Shown here: piece after piece, positions 1-12,053 of the stretch
Position numbering within the stretch: position 1 is the first letter of the stretch
Layout: each line of letters starts with the position of its first letter
Assembly (NCBI RefSeq): GCF_001194135.2
Contig: NC_068985.1
Location: forward strand, 75,075,081-75,139,080
Length of the DNA: 64,000 nt
Direction: 5' to 3'
DNA from: Octopus bimaculoides
Taxonomy: Eukaryota
Program-made: the position numbers and the translations under genes
The notes under the pieces: model-generated
Database searches by the model: none
What the model was told of the DNA's origin: nothing
Seen by the model: the letters and a program-made list of their open reading frames with translations, nothing else

Positions 1-300
1 CACCCCACACTTTTTCAGTCCGTACTCCATTCTGACATCAGCACTGAAAGTATACATCATATCAACAAGGTAACTGACTTGCGATCTATGTTTACTATAA
101 AGTTTGAGGTCATCCATGAATAACAAGTAGTTGAGTTTTTGCTGATGACTCTTCAATACATACCCAACTTTTGCGTTCCTCAGAATCAGTGTTAGTGGTA
201 TCATGCACAGTACAATGATCAATGAGGAAAGGTAATTCCCTTGGAAGATGCCTCTCCTGATTCTTATTGTCCCTAAACTTCTTCCATATGCTGCCTGCAT
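1..300 (-). mobile_element. R4/Dong-like non-LTR retrotransposon, RT fragment (runs off window edge)
   Basis: Minus strand reads YGRSLGTIRIRRGIFQG...LCMIPLTLILRNAKVGY...LNYLLFMDDLKL (RT motifs including FMDD). It is homologous to 14900-15190 on the plus strand. Confidence 0.8.
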
Positions 301-310
301 ATTTGATGTA

Positions 311-312
311 AT

Positions 313-389
<77 letters not shown>

Positions 390-410
390 TCATCATAATT
401 ATTATTATTA
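311..410. repeat. (AGT)n/(ATT)n compound microsatellite
   Basis: Directly visible. Confidence 0.95.
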
Positions 411-470
411 TATTTTCCTCTAAGTTTACGACCTTTTATCTTCTAGATTTTTAGTAATAAATATATTTCG

Positions 471-1211
471 TTTTCTGTTGTGTCTGGGGAGAGTCATTCG
501 CTTTTAGTGCCCTATAATAGATAAATTACCTACATGTCTACATTAACAGAAAACGCAAAAAGTCCTTCAAAATAATGCAGAATTTCGTTGCGTTCTCAGG
601 TGAAAATCTTTGTTAAATGCTAAATCCTCGACGTAACGTTCTAGGAATGCAAATTCAGGATTTAAAATATCATGGCGGACAATAATAATAAAATTCATAT
701 AAATTAATAGTCCCTTAACACACACACCGGTAAAATTTCCACTCTTTTACTTATTTATTTTTCTATACAAATATAAATAAGTAAATGAGCGGAAATTTTA
801 CCGGTGCGTGTGTTAAATTATAAGTCACTAAAAGAGAATGACTATCCCCATACAAACAGAATATGCTTCAACGCACGAACTCACATAAAGAATCTTACAA
901 ACCAAATCAAAAACGAAATATATCTTGTTTCTTTTATTGTACTAATAGTAATTACGAGTTACTTTTGAATTATATTACTAAAATTCCTTTCCACGTAATA
1001 GAAAATCATTTTATTAATTTGTATGAATTTTATTATTATTATTGTCCTCCATGATATTCTAAAATCTTGAATTTGCATTCCTAGAACGTTACGTCGAGGA
1101 TTTAGCATTTAAAAAAGAGTTTCACCTGAGAACGCAACGAAATTCTGCATTATTTTGAAGGATTTTTTGCGTTTTCTGTTAATGTAAGCATGTAGGTAAT
1201 TTATCTATTAT
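471..1211. repeat. Interleaved inverted-repeat structure (MITE-like or rearranged repeat)
   Basis: 514-699 is the reverse complement of 1022-1211 (~185 bp, few mismatches). 471-517 plus 715-756 is the reverse complement of the contiguous 775-861. Confidence 0.85.
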
Positions 1212-1455
1212 TAAATATTATAATATAAATTATTTACTTGATTTTAAGTTATGAAACAATTTATTGTGATATTACATTTCTTATTGCTGCATAAAGTTTC
1301 AGCAAACTATTTCTCTGTCATTTATAACTTTATACACTCCTTATCGTTTTCTCTTGCATCGTGCTACATAATCTATATGTTTTGTAGAATATAACTTTAG
1401 GGAGATTTTTGGTGCGTACTGCCGAAATACTTTAATCCATATCCATATATTATGA

Positions 1456-1575
<120 letters not shown>

Positions 1576-1915
1576 CTTTTAATAGTTACCGTCATTATAT
1601 TAAGCATGGAAATAGATGGAATTTACGCATTTCAATGTGGATGCAGATAGACACAATGAACCGCTTAACTAAAGAATTCTTCATTTATGTGAAAACTCAT
1701 AGAATTAGCTACGATACAATGATGTGCTAATCTAAATTGACCTCCCAAATATACTATACCAGGACTCCAGTCATCTACACTTGTCATATGTAAGTCGTTA
1801 AGTTGTTATTATTGGTACAGACACGACGTTTCCTATTTCAAGGCTAAATTTTGGCGATTGTCCATAAATTAATAAGAAACCAGATCAATTGTGGTATCAA
1901 CTAGAATATATTGCT

Positions 1916-1960
<45 letters not shown>

Positions 1961-4287
1961 AGCCTCTACTTTCCTTTGTTTTGTTCAAAGTAGTGGAATA
2001 AAAATACCTCAGGCGAGCGTTCGGTACACTAAATGCACATACAATAATATTTCAAATTTTCAAAGCAATTAACAAAATCATCTAAGAATACTTAAAATTT
2101 AAACCATTAATTGTGAAGAGGTTTTATAAATGAATTGAAGTGTTAAGACTTAATTGCTTAGATATTTCTATCAAGCGAAATCTTTCATCGCAGCAGAAGA
2201 CCTCAACATTTATATTAATGTTCATGTTTATTTGTGTGAACGTGTAGTTTGGTGTGTGCAGACAGTGTATGCAGCATTATACTGTCACCGTTTCGTTTCC
2301 ACAGCAACATGTTACATAATGGCTTGATGTCTATTTCTAGCAGATGAGTGTCCCTTTCTGCCCCCTGCACAGTTAAAACCTCACGTGGTATGGGGACTGC
2401 TCAATGAGAGAATTATTCGTGCATAGGTCGTTTCTTATCCCGGATCTTTATCCCTTGAATTCAAAACCTACAAAGCCATCTTTTGCGTTTCACCAACCCA
2501 GGGGTCAATAAATAAAATACCTGTGAAATAGTGCTCCTGAGTAATGGACTTGTACTCATACTTTGAATATCTGGCCTGTTCATTATGTTAGAGAGGTGCC
2601 ATAATGAACTAATCTTAACTGATATGTCCTTTCACTCCAATGTTTGCCATTAAAATATTCAGATAAACCTCTCGCTGTTTGCTAGAATTGTTTTCACTGC
2701 AAATACTGGCAGTACCTAAGTTGACAATTGATTTGAAACAACATTTATGAATAATTCCTATCAACATATAAGGCAACAAGTTCGCATTCATATTGTCAGT
2801 CATCTTTATAGTGTCATCTCCGTTTCATATACCATCGTTCTATATACTTATTCTCTTTCTTATTTGTGATATTTGTATTTCCTCGTTACCTCCGGTTTCT
2901 TTTCCACCGTTTTACCTCAGCTGTTTTTTGCTTAGATGCTTTTGTTGATGTTGTACACAGTAAAATAACTTACTTACATTTATTTGCAGGTTTGAAGTGC
3001 ATTATATACAAACATACTCATGTTCTAATCGCATTAGTAGAAACGCTGCAAATAATTTTGAATTATATTTTACAATCTAAATTACAATTTCCTAAAGAAA
3101 ATCAATTGTAAAGAACGTAGTTTCTAAAAACACTTGGAAGAACATAACGAAGCTGGGAGAAGGTATTAATGAAGTGCATATCATGTGAGGATTGTGATTC
3201 CGTTTCTCAAAGAAATGCTTTCAGAGTCAATTGGACCACGCATTAACACTGCAAAGTATATTCTACTACATGTTTTCGCTGAACAGGACCTTTTAGATGG
3301 GAACACTCTTACCGTATCACAATGAGCATCAGATATGCAAAGTCTTTTTTCACTATTTTCAATGTATTTCATGGTTATGGTCTTCCAAATGAAGATCGGC
3401 CAAATGATTCAGTTTCGTTCAGGAACTGACGTAACGTGTGTATACTGCAGCTTGCTTCAGAAAACATTACTTGTACTAATGCTACACCCATTTTGAACTC
3501 GATGTGACAAGTCACGTACATACTCATTGCAGCAATCACAGAAAAATACCCTATGTACTTATTGTCGTTCTACATCATCGCTTCATTCTAGATGGGGTTC
3601 ATTAATTTGACATGCTGTGAGCATTACTTCAAACAACCCTATTTCACGTATGCCTCGCAATTTACTGCTGCTTTTTGTTCCTAATATTCACTGTCGTACA
3701 AGAATCCATGTAGTTTACAAGCTTCTTGAGATGCTGCGCACGCTCACACCAAAGCACTTGAGAGTCTTGAATGTGGCTGAGTTTTGACAATGTATAAAAT
3801 AACTGCAAGAAGAAAATCTTCTGTTTCGGAGTGGAGTATAATGATACTGGTATTGTTTATGTTCACATTTGAAGAGATAGATGAACACGTGATTTTTAGG
3901 GATTTTGATAAAGTATGTCCTGTAATCTCATGAAACTATTAAACTGCAATACGTTTTGGACATTGATGCATCACGGCTTTGCCGCTGTTTCACTAGTGTC
4001 CTTGCGATAAATCCACATCTGTTTGTAAGGTTGCTGAACTAGTGTAGGAAAAACTTAATTTTCCTGCAAGCTCCGAATTTACAATGTGAATCGCTTAATT
4101 GTATATTTGAAAGCTTTGAAATTGTCGACTTGAAAAATTTAGAAGGCATTTTATTCAATCCTGTTGCTTCTGAAGGTCACTTTTTCCTCAAGTCACCTTT
4201 TTAGCCAGGTCATTTCTTATGACCATATATGCTACTGTACCAGTCTGGCGACGTTGCTCTTCTTCAGTTTATTGGCTTTCTGCAACA

Positions 4288-4422
4288 GGAGTTAATTTTA
4301 TCGACCACAAAAGGTTGACAGGAAAAATTGACCTCGGTGTAATTTGAATTCAGAACGTAACGACGGACAAAATGTCGCTAAGCATTTTGCTCGGCATGCT
4401 AAGGATTCTGCCATCCCGCCGC
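4288..4422 (-). mobile_element. SINE-like repeat (gttctgagttcaaattccgccgaggtcga family)
   Basis: The reverse complement matches copies at 26535-26660, 34249-34404, 34660-34860 and 42030-42205 in this window. Confidence 0.75.
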
Positions 4423-4575
4423 ATTGTGATATAGCGTATTAGCATACGGTGGGATTGTTTGTATGTGTGTACCCGCCATACTAACATGGCTGGATTTTAG
4501 TAATTGGCAGCTGTGTTCCCGTGGAATATTGTATATGCTCCATTAGCCTACAGTAAACATCTGCAAGAAGACCTA

Positions 4576-4609
<34 letters not shown>

Positions 4610-7399
4610 TCGATCGATCGATCGGTCTATAGACAGACAGACAGATAGATATGCCTGTTTTACTGAGGGTGCGTGGGTATGTGTTACGTATAAATGTTTT
4701 CGACTGTTTGCAAACTGCGGTATAAAATATGCAAATTTATAATGATAATATTCTATCAATAACCAAGTGGCTAATTTCTATACTTAGGAGACAGACACTA
4801 TAATTAGCTGTGAAAAAATCACGACCATGATGGTGTGGACGGGATCTTACGATTATATTCATCATAATGTCCAAGCTTTTATCAAGATTACAATAATCAT
4901 GTCTATCAGAGATGTCTTTAAATGTATTATTTGTTTCCGTTTTTGTGTCATGTGAATTATGCTATTACTGTAATTACTACGATGCAGAGAACAATTGCTG
5001 AAATTAGTATTTCTATTTTTTCTGCAGTATAAATTATTCAGTCATTCCTAAGCTCTGTTATCGTTCAATTGTTACAAGTTATTTTAGCAATACTATATGA
5101 CGCTTTATATATTCCATTGATATATGCGCATTTCAACGGAGAATTTATATAAAGAATTTTTGATGCGACAACCAAATAATTTCAATGATTAACTGTGAAA
5201 TTCTAATTTTGGAATTTAGCTCCATCAACAGGATATGCAATATACTTCCAAAATCACATTAATATAGGAATCAATTAACATCATACTGTAACCGTATGCT
5301 AATATGATCCTTTATATTCTGTGCAATAATCGTTGGCATTTTCAAATTTAGCTTGTATAGAGTAATGCACTAAGCGCATCAACATTTCAGATCCGATTAA
5401 TGGCCTGAACATCTAAAAATGTGACGAAGTATACCTGAGGTGAGCTACAGAATTTCCTTTTCATACGCTTTCCGTATATCTTCTTGAGATCACTACTACA
5501 TTACACACTTTACTATTTCGCATTCTCTAAGAAATTATATACAGTTTTCCAGTTATATTAAATCAACTTTATAACACACTTCTGAATGACTGAAGTGTTC
5601 AAAATTATTACTTTCCTAATAACCTAACATTAAAGTTCAGAAACTTTCCTCTGTCTATCTGGCAATGAGTTCAATGCACACCGCCATCAAAGGAGAGACT
5701 AATAAACGCCATGATATCGAGCGAATAAGAAACTTGACTGAAACCGTTACGTCATTACTCCGAAACAGCGTTATGGAGATCTCGTTTTACATATATACTT
5801 GAATAACAACCAAATAACTCACTCTTTAAATATACACTGGACATGTTATTCACATTTGTCAGCAGTGCTTATGTATTAGCATGTAGTTGTAAGAGAAACT
5901 TTCAAACAGTTTGGGTCATATATGGCTTCAGTTACTGCATATAAACCATAGAGAGGTCAATATGATTGCCAACATCCTATGCATCGATGTTGACAGATTT
6001 GGTTTCTTATGACTGAATAATGTCTTGATTTAATGGATGACAAATATCTCCGGGTTATTAAATATATGACTGTTTGAGAAGTAAATGGGAAAATTAGGAA
6101 AATAGGATTTCAATGAAAATGTTTTGAAAATTCTAACACTTTGACAAGAAAGGAATGACTAGATACATAACAATAAATAGATAAATATATAAACTTGTGT
6201 AGATAAGTAAAATAAAATGTAGAGATCTGTATATGTAGGTTGAGTATATCCGTTTATACATGCATGTAAATAAGAGAAACAAATTATGTTGCTATTGTTT
6301 TTCCTTTAAAATAATTATAACATTTTAGCAGGTAATCTCAAAATGTATGAGAATTATATGCTACAGTGGTAACATTTATTGCGCGTTTATAATGTGCAGC
6401 TTTGGGTAATGAAAATTTCAACAACAAAAGTCATGTAAAAAAGTATACAAAGATGACGAAGGAATTAATTTGTTAAAAGCAGACTACGAACAAATTCTCC
6501 AATCCAAAACTGATAAATCTATAGCTTGTACATTATTTAATAAAAATAATGAAAAAGCAAAAGAACAAAATTATGGTAAGGATAGAAAGTTCAAAATATT
6601 TCCATCATGCATTTAACGCATTAGAGAAATACGATTTTTTTTGTCTTACGTTGAAATTGCTGCTGGAAATTAAGGATAAAATACTAATGGGTGCATGTAT
6701 TGATTCCTTTTAGCATGATTTTATTTTGTTCTGGTTTATAGGCGCTGAATAATGTGAGAAAGCTAATAAATAGTTAACATATTTCTGCATGCAATTATAA
6801 CGGTAAAGCATGGTAAGAAAAAAAATCCATCTAAACATTCTTTTTCTGTGTGCTCACATTATATCGATTTGCATCTGGTTATTGTAGTTTCGTTATCACA
6901 GATATTGCAGCAAAATTTCCTGTCAGATCATTGAAAAGATATAATACATACGCAAGCCAATGTGGGAATAGCTTCCCTATTAGAATAATCGTCATTAAAT
7001 TTATAGAAATTTCCTGTAACTGCCTATGGATCCCTAGAGATGTTCATATAGGTATTGAAAAGTAAGGAATACGTATTAATGTTTTTCCCAACTACTTTTT
7101 CCAGGCATAAAATGAGCATTTAATTCGGTATTGCACGCTAAGAAAACATTCATACATTTATTTTTAAACAATGGTTTGCGTTTTTCTCTCTCTGAAAGCA
7201 ATCAATTGTCAGATAACAGTATGTGGATTGGTAAACTTGATAATTAACAAGTTTCTTTGACAGAAACGATGTTAAAGTAACAGTCGATATTTTGTTACTA
7301 GCAATTCAGTAACGAATATACCGACATGTTAAGTATTGCTGTTGTTCGACACTTTTTCAGCAGTTCTATGACGAAAATCCTTAACTTTAAAGGTGTCTT

Positions 7400-7900
7400 C
7401 TTTTTATACAGCTAAATTTTCCAGAACACCGTTATTTAATGTACTCTTCCTTTTCTCCAATCATGGGGATATTTGGTCAGAAGGAGACTTAACTACTTCG
7501 TCTGGTAGATTTCATGAGTATATATATGCTATCTCGTTGCCTCATGAATGTGGTATTAAAAATGTCTTACTCATCTCTGACGTTTGAATTTTTCAGTGGA
7601 TTCAAGTTCACCGCTTCTCTTTACACTTTTCTACTCTATATTGCCATTCAAATTGTTAAAGTCCCGGAAATCCTACTCTTACTGTTTTCAATCGCGAAAG
7701 CACCCTTAAGATCAGTAAGTTTTCGCAAACGCTATACAAACAGGTTTGTCACGAAATAAATGCTTTCGATGAGATACCTTGATTTTCTTAATAGTTTGGA
7801 GATGGTGGTTAAACAGTAATAAACACATTCTGAACGTTAACCTATCTCATGGTTTTAATGTTGTGAGTGCGATTGCAAGAACTCGTGGCGTGTTATATTC
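7400..7900 (-). mobile_element. Possible heavily decayed CR1-like LINE 3' region
   Basis: Minus-strand frames give RYLIESI...RLRKLTD and NLPDEVVKSPS...LEK, resembling CR1 C-terminal motifs (WNxLPxEVV). There are many stops. Confidence 0.3.
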
Positions 7901-8428
7901 TCCATTGAGTACTTCATTGCATGTTTCCTCAGTTTACTCACCTCAAATGCATACAAGTCACGGGCTGGTGCAGCCCTTTTACCATCTAACTCTTGTATCC
8001 CGAATGTTCCTCTATGTGGAAGATAGGAGGACAGAAAGGTTGGCTATGTCTGCTTGCAATTACATAGGAACCTAAAACCCGACACTAAAGCTTATTCCAT
8101 TGCTGTGATGGCCGCACATTTTTGGTTTTGGCGCATTAATAATTGAGATTTAAGAATATTTCTTGTGTCAAGATTCCTTCTTTGACTTAGGACATGCAAA
8201 TTCTCCTATTTTTCAGTTCTGTTAACGTTTCTTTAGCTTTGTATGTTCAGTTCAAATATTCTTATTGAAATTAGCTACTGTTGACGTATTCTTAGTATTG
8301 AATAATTCTACTTTCACATTAGATATTCACATCAAAGCATGACTACAAAGGATGTTATACTGCCTTCATTGCTTCCAGTTGATTAGATTATGGATTTAGA
8401 TAGTATTTGCAAATATATTTTCATCATC

Positions 8429-8429
<1 letters not shown>

Positions 8430-8518
<89 letters not shown>

Positions 8519-8605
8519 CCATCATCAGTATTATTATTATTATTATTATTAGTAGTAGTAGTTGTAGTAGTAGTAGTAGTAGTAGTAGCAGCAGCAGCAA
8601 AGCAC

Positions 8606-8674
<69 letters not shown>

Positions 8675-8737
8675 AAGCAGCACTAGTAGTGGTAGCGGCA
8701 GCGGCAGCAGCGGCAGCAGCGGCAGCAGCAGCAGCAC
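8430..8737. repeat. Compound trinucleotide microsatellite ATT/ATC/AGT/GCA/GCG
   Basis: Directly visible. Confidence 0.95.
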
Positions 8738-8749
8738 CCCTAAGCCGAC

Positions 8750-9065
8750 CGGAATTGATGCGGGATGGAACTGCTGTGTTAATTCAGAAATGTCTGGAAC
8801 TCACGATACGGACTATATTCTTAAACCCAGAGATAATTTGGTGGTCCTGGATGTGAATAGTAGCGAAGCCAGTACTTTTAGATAGAGGTGGTACAGCTGA
8901 ATATTTCTGGCGTATTTTGATATTCCTAGGAATGTCCACATCTTTGCTGATAGTTGGCGACACTTGAATGGGCAGTTGGACTGTATGCGGTTAGTTAATA
9001 GGAGAGTGGCGTGTAAAATTCACGCCAAACTGCGCCGGCGGTTTCAGCTATCTTACAGATTTACC
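8750..9065 (+). mobile_element. Tx1/L1-like APE endonuclease fragment
   Basis: Translates to GTAVLIQKCLELTIRTIFLNPE..LVVLDV, then FLGMSTSLLIVGD and RFQLSYRF. These parallel the APE regions at 13750-13930 and 45300-45600. Confidence 0.7.
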
Positions 9066-9618
9066 CAGTATACCAATATGGATATGAATAAACTAAACTG
9101 TAAAATCCATTAGATTTACTAAGGTCGTATTAATAGAAAATAAGAGAATAGAAGGAGACTTGTGCCGCAGTTAGCAACCCTTCAGTTACTGATTCGAGGC
9201 ATACGCTTCTCAGTATGTGTGGGATATAACTTGCACTATTTCTTTCTTGTTTAGCATGTATTTGCCATTTAACGACTTTTCTTGCCATTTTCATGACGAT
9301 ATTTTATAGTTCAACTCACAAGAACCATGGCCCTCCCTTGTCTTTTTGGCTATTTTTTTAGGTTTTCTTGAAGCTAGGAGACAAAAGTTTTGTCTTGCTC
9401 AGGTTTTGTAGCTAACTGTCTCCCTTGTTTCAGAATTACATAGTTTTAGTATTATTGTGGATATATTTGGTGGTTTTCTAATTATATACGGCATTTACCA
9501 CATTAAATTCATTCTATATATAAATCTTCTCTCTCATTTTGGGTGGTGTATTCTAAATGTACACATTATTTTCTTTATTAAGACGTTTTGCTGGTTCATT
9601 TAATGTCCTATAAAAATG

Positions 9619-10330
9619 TACGAGGCATGTTCACAAAGTGTTCGACTTCATTTTTTTCCGCCAAAACTAATGCCGCTTGGGCAAAATCCTTTGTGTGGAG
9701 GTGATACCACCCTTCCGGTGCATGTGTGGAAACCTTCGCTCGGTACGCTGTGTCAGTTACCGGCTGTTATACCAAGATTACAGATGTATAGTGAATGTTC
9801 GTCGGATTTTCATTTTCACGCAAGAAGACCAAATGCATCGATCAGAGACCATAAACCCATGTTCCATCTCTAGTGATGATAGTGTTCATGAAGTCTGAGT
9901 CGTGGTTTGCACAGCCTAGCATGTCCTGAGCGATTTCCATGCGGATTTAATTCTGCTGCTCCGCCAGCACCTTAGGGATGTATTTCTCGACACTCTCCGC
10001 GTGCATAAATCCTCTGTTAAAATGGAACTGATTCTGTGCTTATTCCCACTTCGCGAACAATTTCCTGGATTGTTACACGACTTCCATGACTATTCGTCGA
10101 ACCTTTTCAATCGGCTCCTCTTTTCGAATTGTGGGTGACCTTCCCAACTCTCGTCTGAGATTTGGCCATGTTTGAATCAGTTATACCACTGCTTCATAAG
10201 CGCTTTTACTATGGTATCATCGCCAAACGCCTACGGAATCTTCTGAGTGGTTTGAAATTGAGTATCACCAAGCTTTTGGCGGTTCGGTTAAAAGTAAAAT
10301 CCGACGAGCGTACACTACACCTCTGTAAGA
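9619..10330. mobile_element. Rearranged mariner: forward left end (9619-9838) fused to an inverted 5' transposase segment (9838-10330)
   Basis: Starts TA-CGAGGCATGTTCACAAAGT (mariner-type TIR). The minus strand encodes, with frameshifts, KLGDTQ..QKI..AFGDD..WY..FKHG..ILTEDLC.RRVS..DFMNTIITRDGTW. 9778-9822 is an imperfect inverted copy of 10284-10328. Confidence 0.8.
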
Positions 10331-10365
10331 GCAAGGATTTAACGAAAGGACGGGTGAAATGTTGC

Positions 10366-10401
<36 letters not shown>

Positions 10402-10415
10402 TAATAATAATAATA

Positions 10416-10760
10416 ATACCTATTGTCATAGGTGCCCTGGGAATGACAGCGAAACGGGCTGATTACTACCTAGCTCAGATACCAGGAAACCCCAAAATGG
10501 CTGAAGTTCAAAAGATAGTGCTCATGGGAACTGCCCATATCCTACGTAAAATACTGTCTATGTGATCTCAAATGTTAAAGCAAACACATGATTTTCTTAT
10601 GGTTTCTTAAACATTCACTTGAACAAAACTGTACAAATCCAAATATATGCTACCCTAGGCATAACACCTACATGAACTTCTAACTTGTTGTCTCTTGAGG
10701 TCTCTGGGTGAGACTTGGATCCAACTTGTACAAATGCAAAACAAAAGTCAAACATAAAAT
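10416..10760 (+). mobile_element. R4/Dong-like 3' end (REL C-terminus + 3' UTR) within (AAT)n
   Basis: IPIVIGALGM...EVQKIVLMGTAHILRKILSM*, then a UTR and AAT repeats. Same family as 16990-17205. Confidence 0.85.
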
Positions 10761-11050
10761 AATAATAATAATAATAATAATTGGAGAGTATTGTACTTCG
10801 CTTGAAGCATTGTGTATTGTTTGTAAACAATGCACTATGATACAGACAATGGACTATAATAACTGTTGTAATTTGATCATCCATAGTCTATGATATTTCG
10901 GAATAAAAATTCCATCTTTAGATATCCCTAGGAATTGATGAAGTCGCTGCTATAGTCCATTGCTTCTATTATAGTGCATTGTTGTGTCATTCGAAACATT
11001 TTATTCTTTACAAATAATAATAAAAATACTACTACTACTACTACTACTAC

Positions 11051-11115
<65 letters not shown>

Positions 11116-11129
11116 TTCGTCGGATTTTC

Positions 11130-11470
11130 ATAATACCAGCAGATGACAACGTTTCCCTAAAAGAAATGGAAAAACTTTCAAAATAGAGGTTACTCGAATG
11201 TGGAATCTAAAAACAGAAACAGTCCCTATCATAGTAGGTGCCTTAGGTATAATATAAAAAAATATTCAGACAAATACATAACAAAAACACCAGGACTTAC
11301 AAATATATATAACATACAGAAAATTGCACTACTGGGCACTGCACACATCCTACGCAAAACACTTTCAATACAGTAACCATAAGAACATCACAGCAAACCA
11401 CAGCACATACCCAAGGCACACAGAGCTGCGCTCGGTAGTGAAGTGAAAGCACGTTATAAAAATAAAACTT
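11130..11470 (+). mobile_element. R4/Dong-like 3' end, second subfamily
   Basis: IPADDNVSLKEMEKLSK..IEVTRMWNLKTETVPIIVGALG...QKIALLGTAHILRKTLSIQ*. Nearly identical to 63320-63577 (minus). Confidence 0.85.
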
Positions 11471-11538
11471 CTGAATAATAATTATAACAATAAAAACGAC
11501 GACACCGACGATGATCATGAGGAGGAGGAGGAGGAGGA

Positions 11539-12053
11539 NNNNNNNNNNNNNNNNNNNNNNNNNNNNNNNNNNNNNNNNNNNNNNNNNNNNNNNNNNNNNN
11601 NNNNNNNNNNNNNNNNNNNNNNNNNNNNNNNNNNNNNNNNNNNNNNNNNNNNNNNNNNNNNNNNNNNNNNNNNNNNNNNNNNNNNNNNNNNNNNNNNNNN
11701 NNNNNNNNNNNNNNNNNNNNNNNNNNNNNNNNNNNNNNNNNNNNNNNNNNNNNNNNNNNNNNNNNNNNNNNNNNNNNNNNNNNNNNNNNNNNNNNNNNNN
11801 NNNNNNNNNNNNNNNNNNNNNNNNNNNNNNNNNNNNNNNNNNNNNNNNNNNNNNNNNNNNNNNNNNNNNNNNNNNNNNNNNNNNNNNNNNNNNNNNNNNN
11901 NNNNNNNNNNNNNNNNNNNNNNNNNNNNNNNNNNNNNNNNNNNNNNNNNNNNNNNNNNNNNNNNNNNNNNNNNNNNNNNNNNNNNNNNNNNNNNNNNNNN
12001 NNNNNNNNNNNNNNNNNNNNNNNNNNNNNNNNNNNNNNNNNNNNNNNNNNNNN
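11539..12053. other. Assembly gap (N)
   Basis: N run. Other gaps are at 29151-29677, 30907-31559, 37643-37915 and 59383-59764. Each abuts a microsatellite on at least one side. Confidence 1.

Noticed and set aside
4577-4650. (CA)n-(GATC)4-(GACA/GATA)n run
   Set aside because: An ordinary compound microsatellite; GATC has no special meaning in this eukaryotic context.
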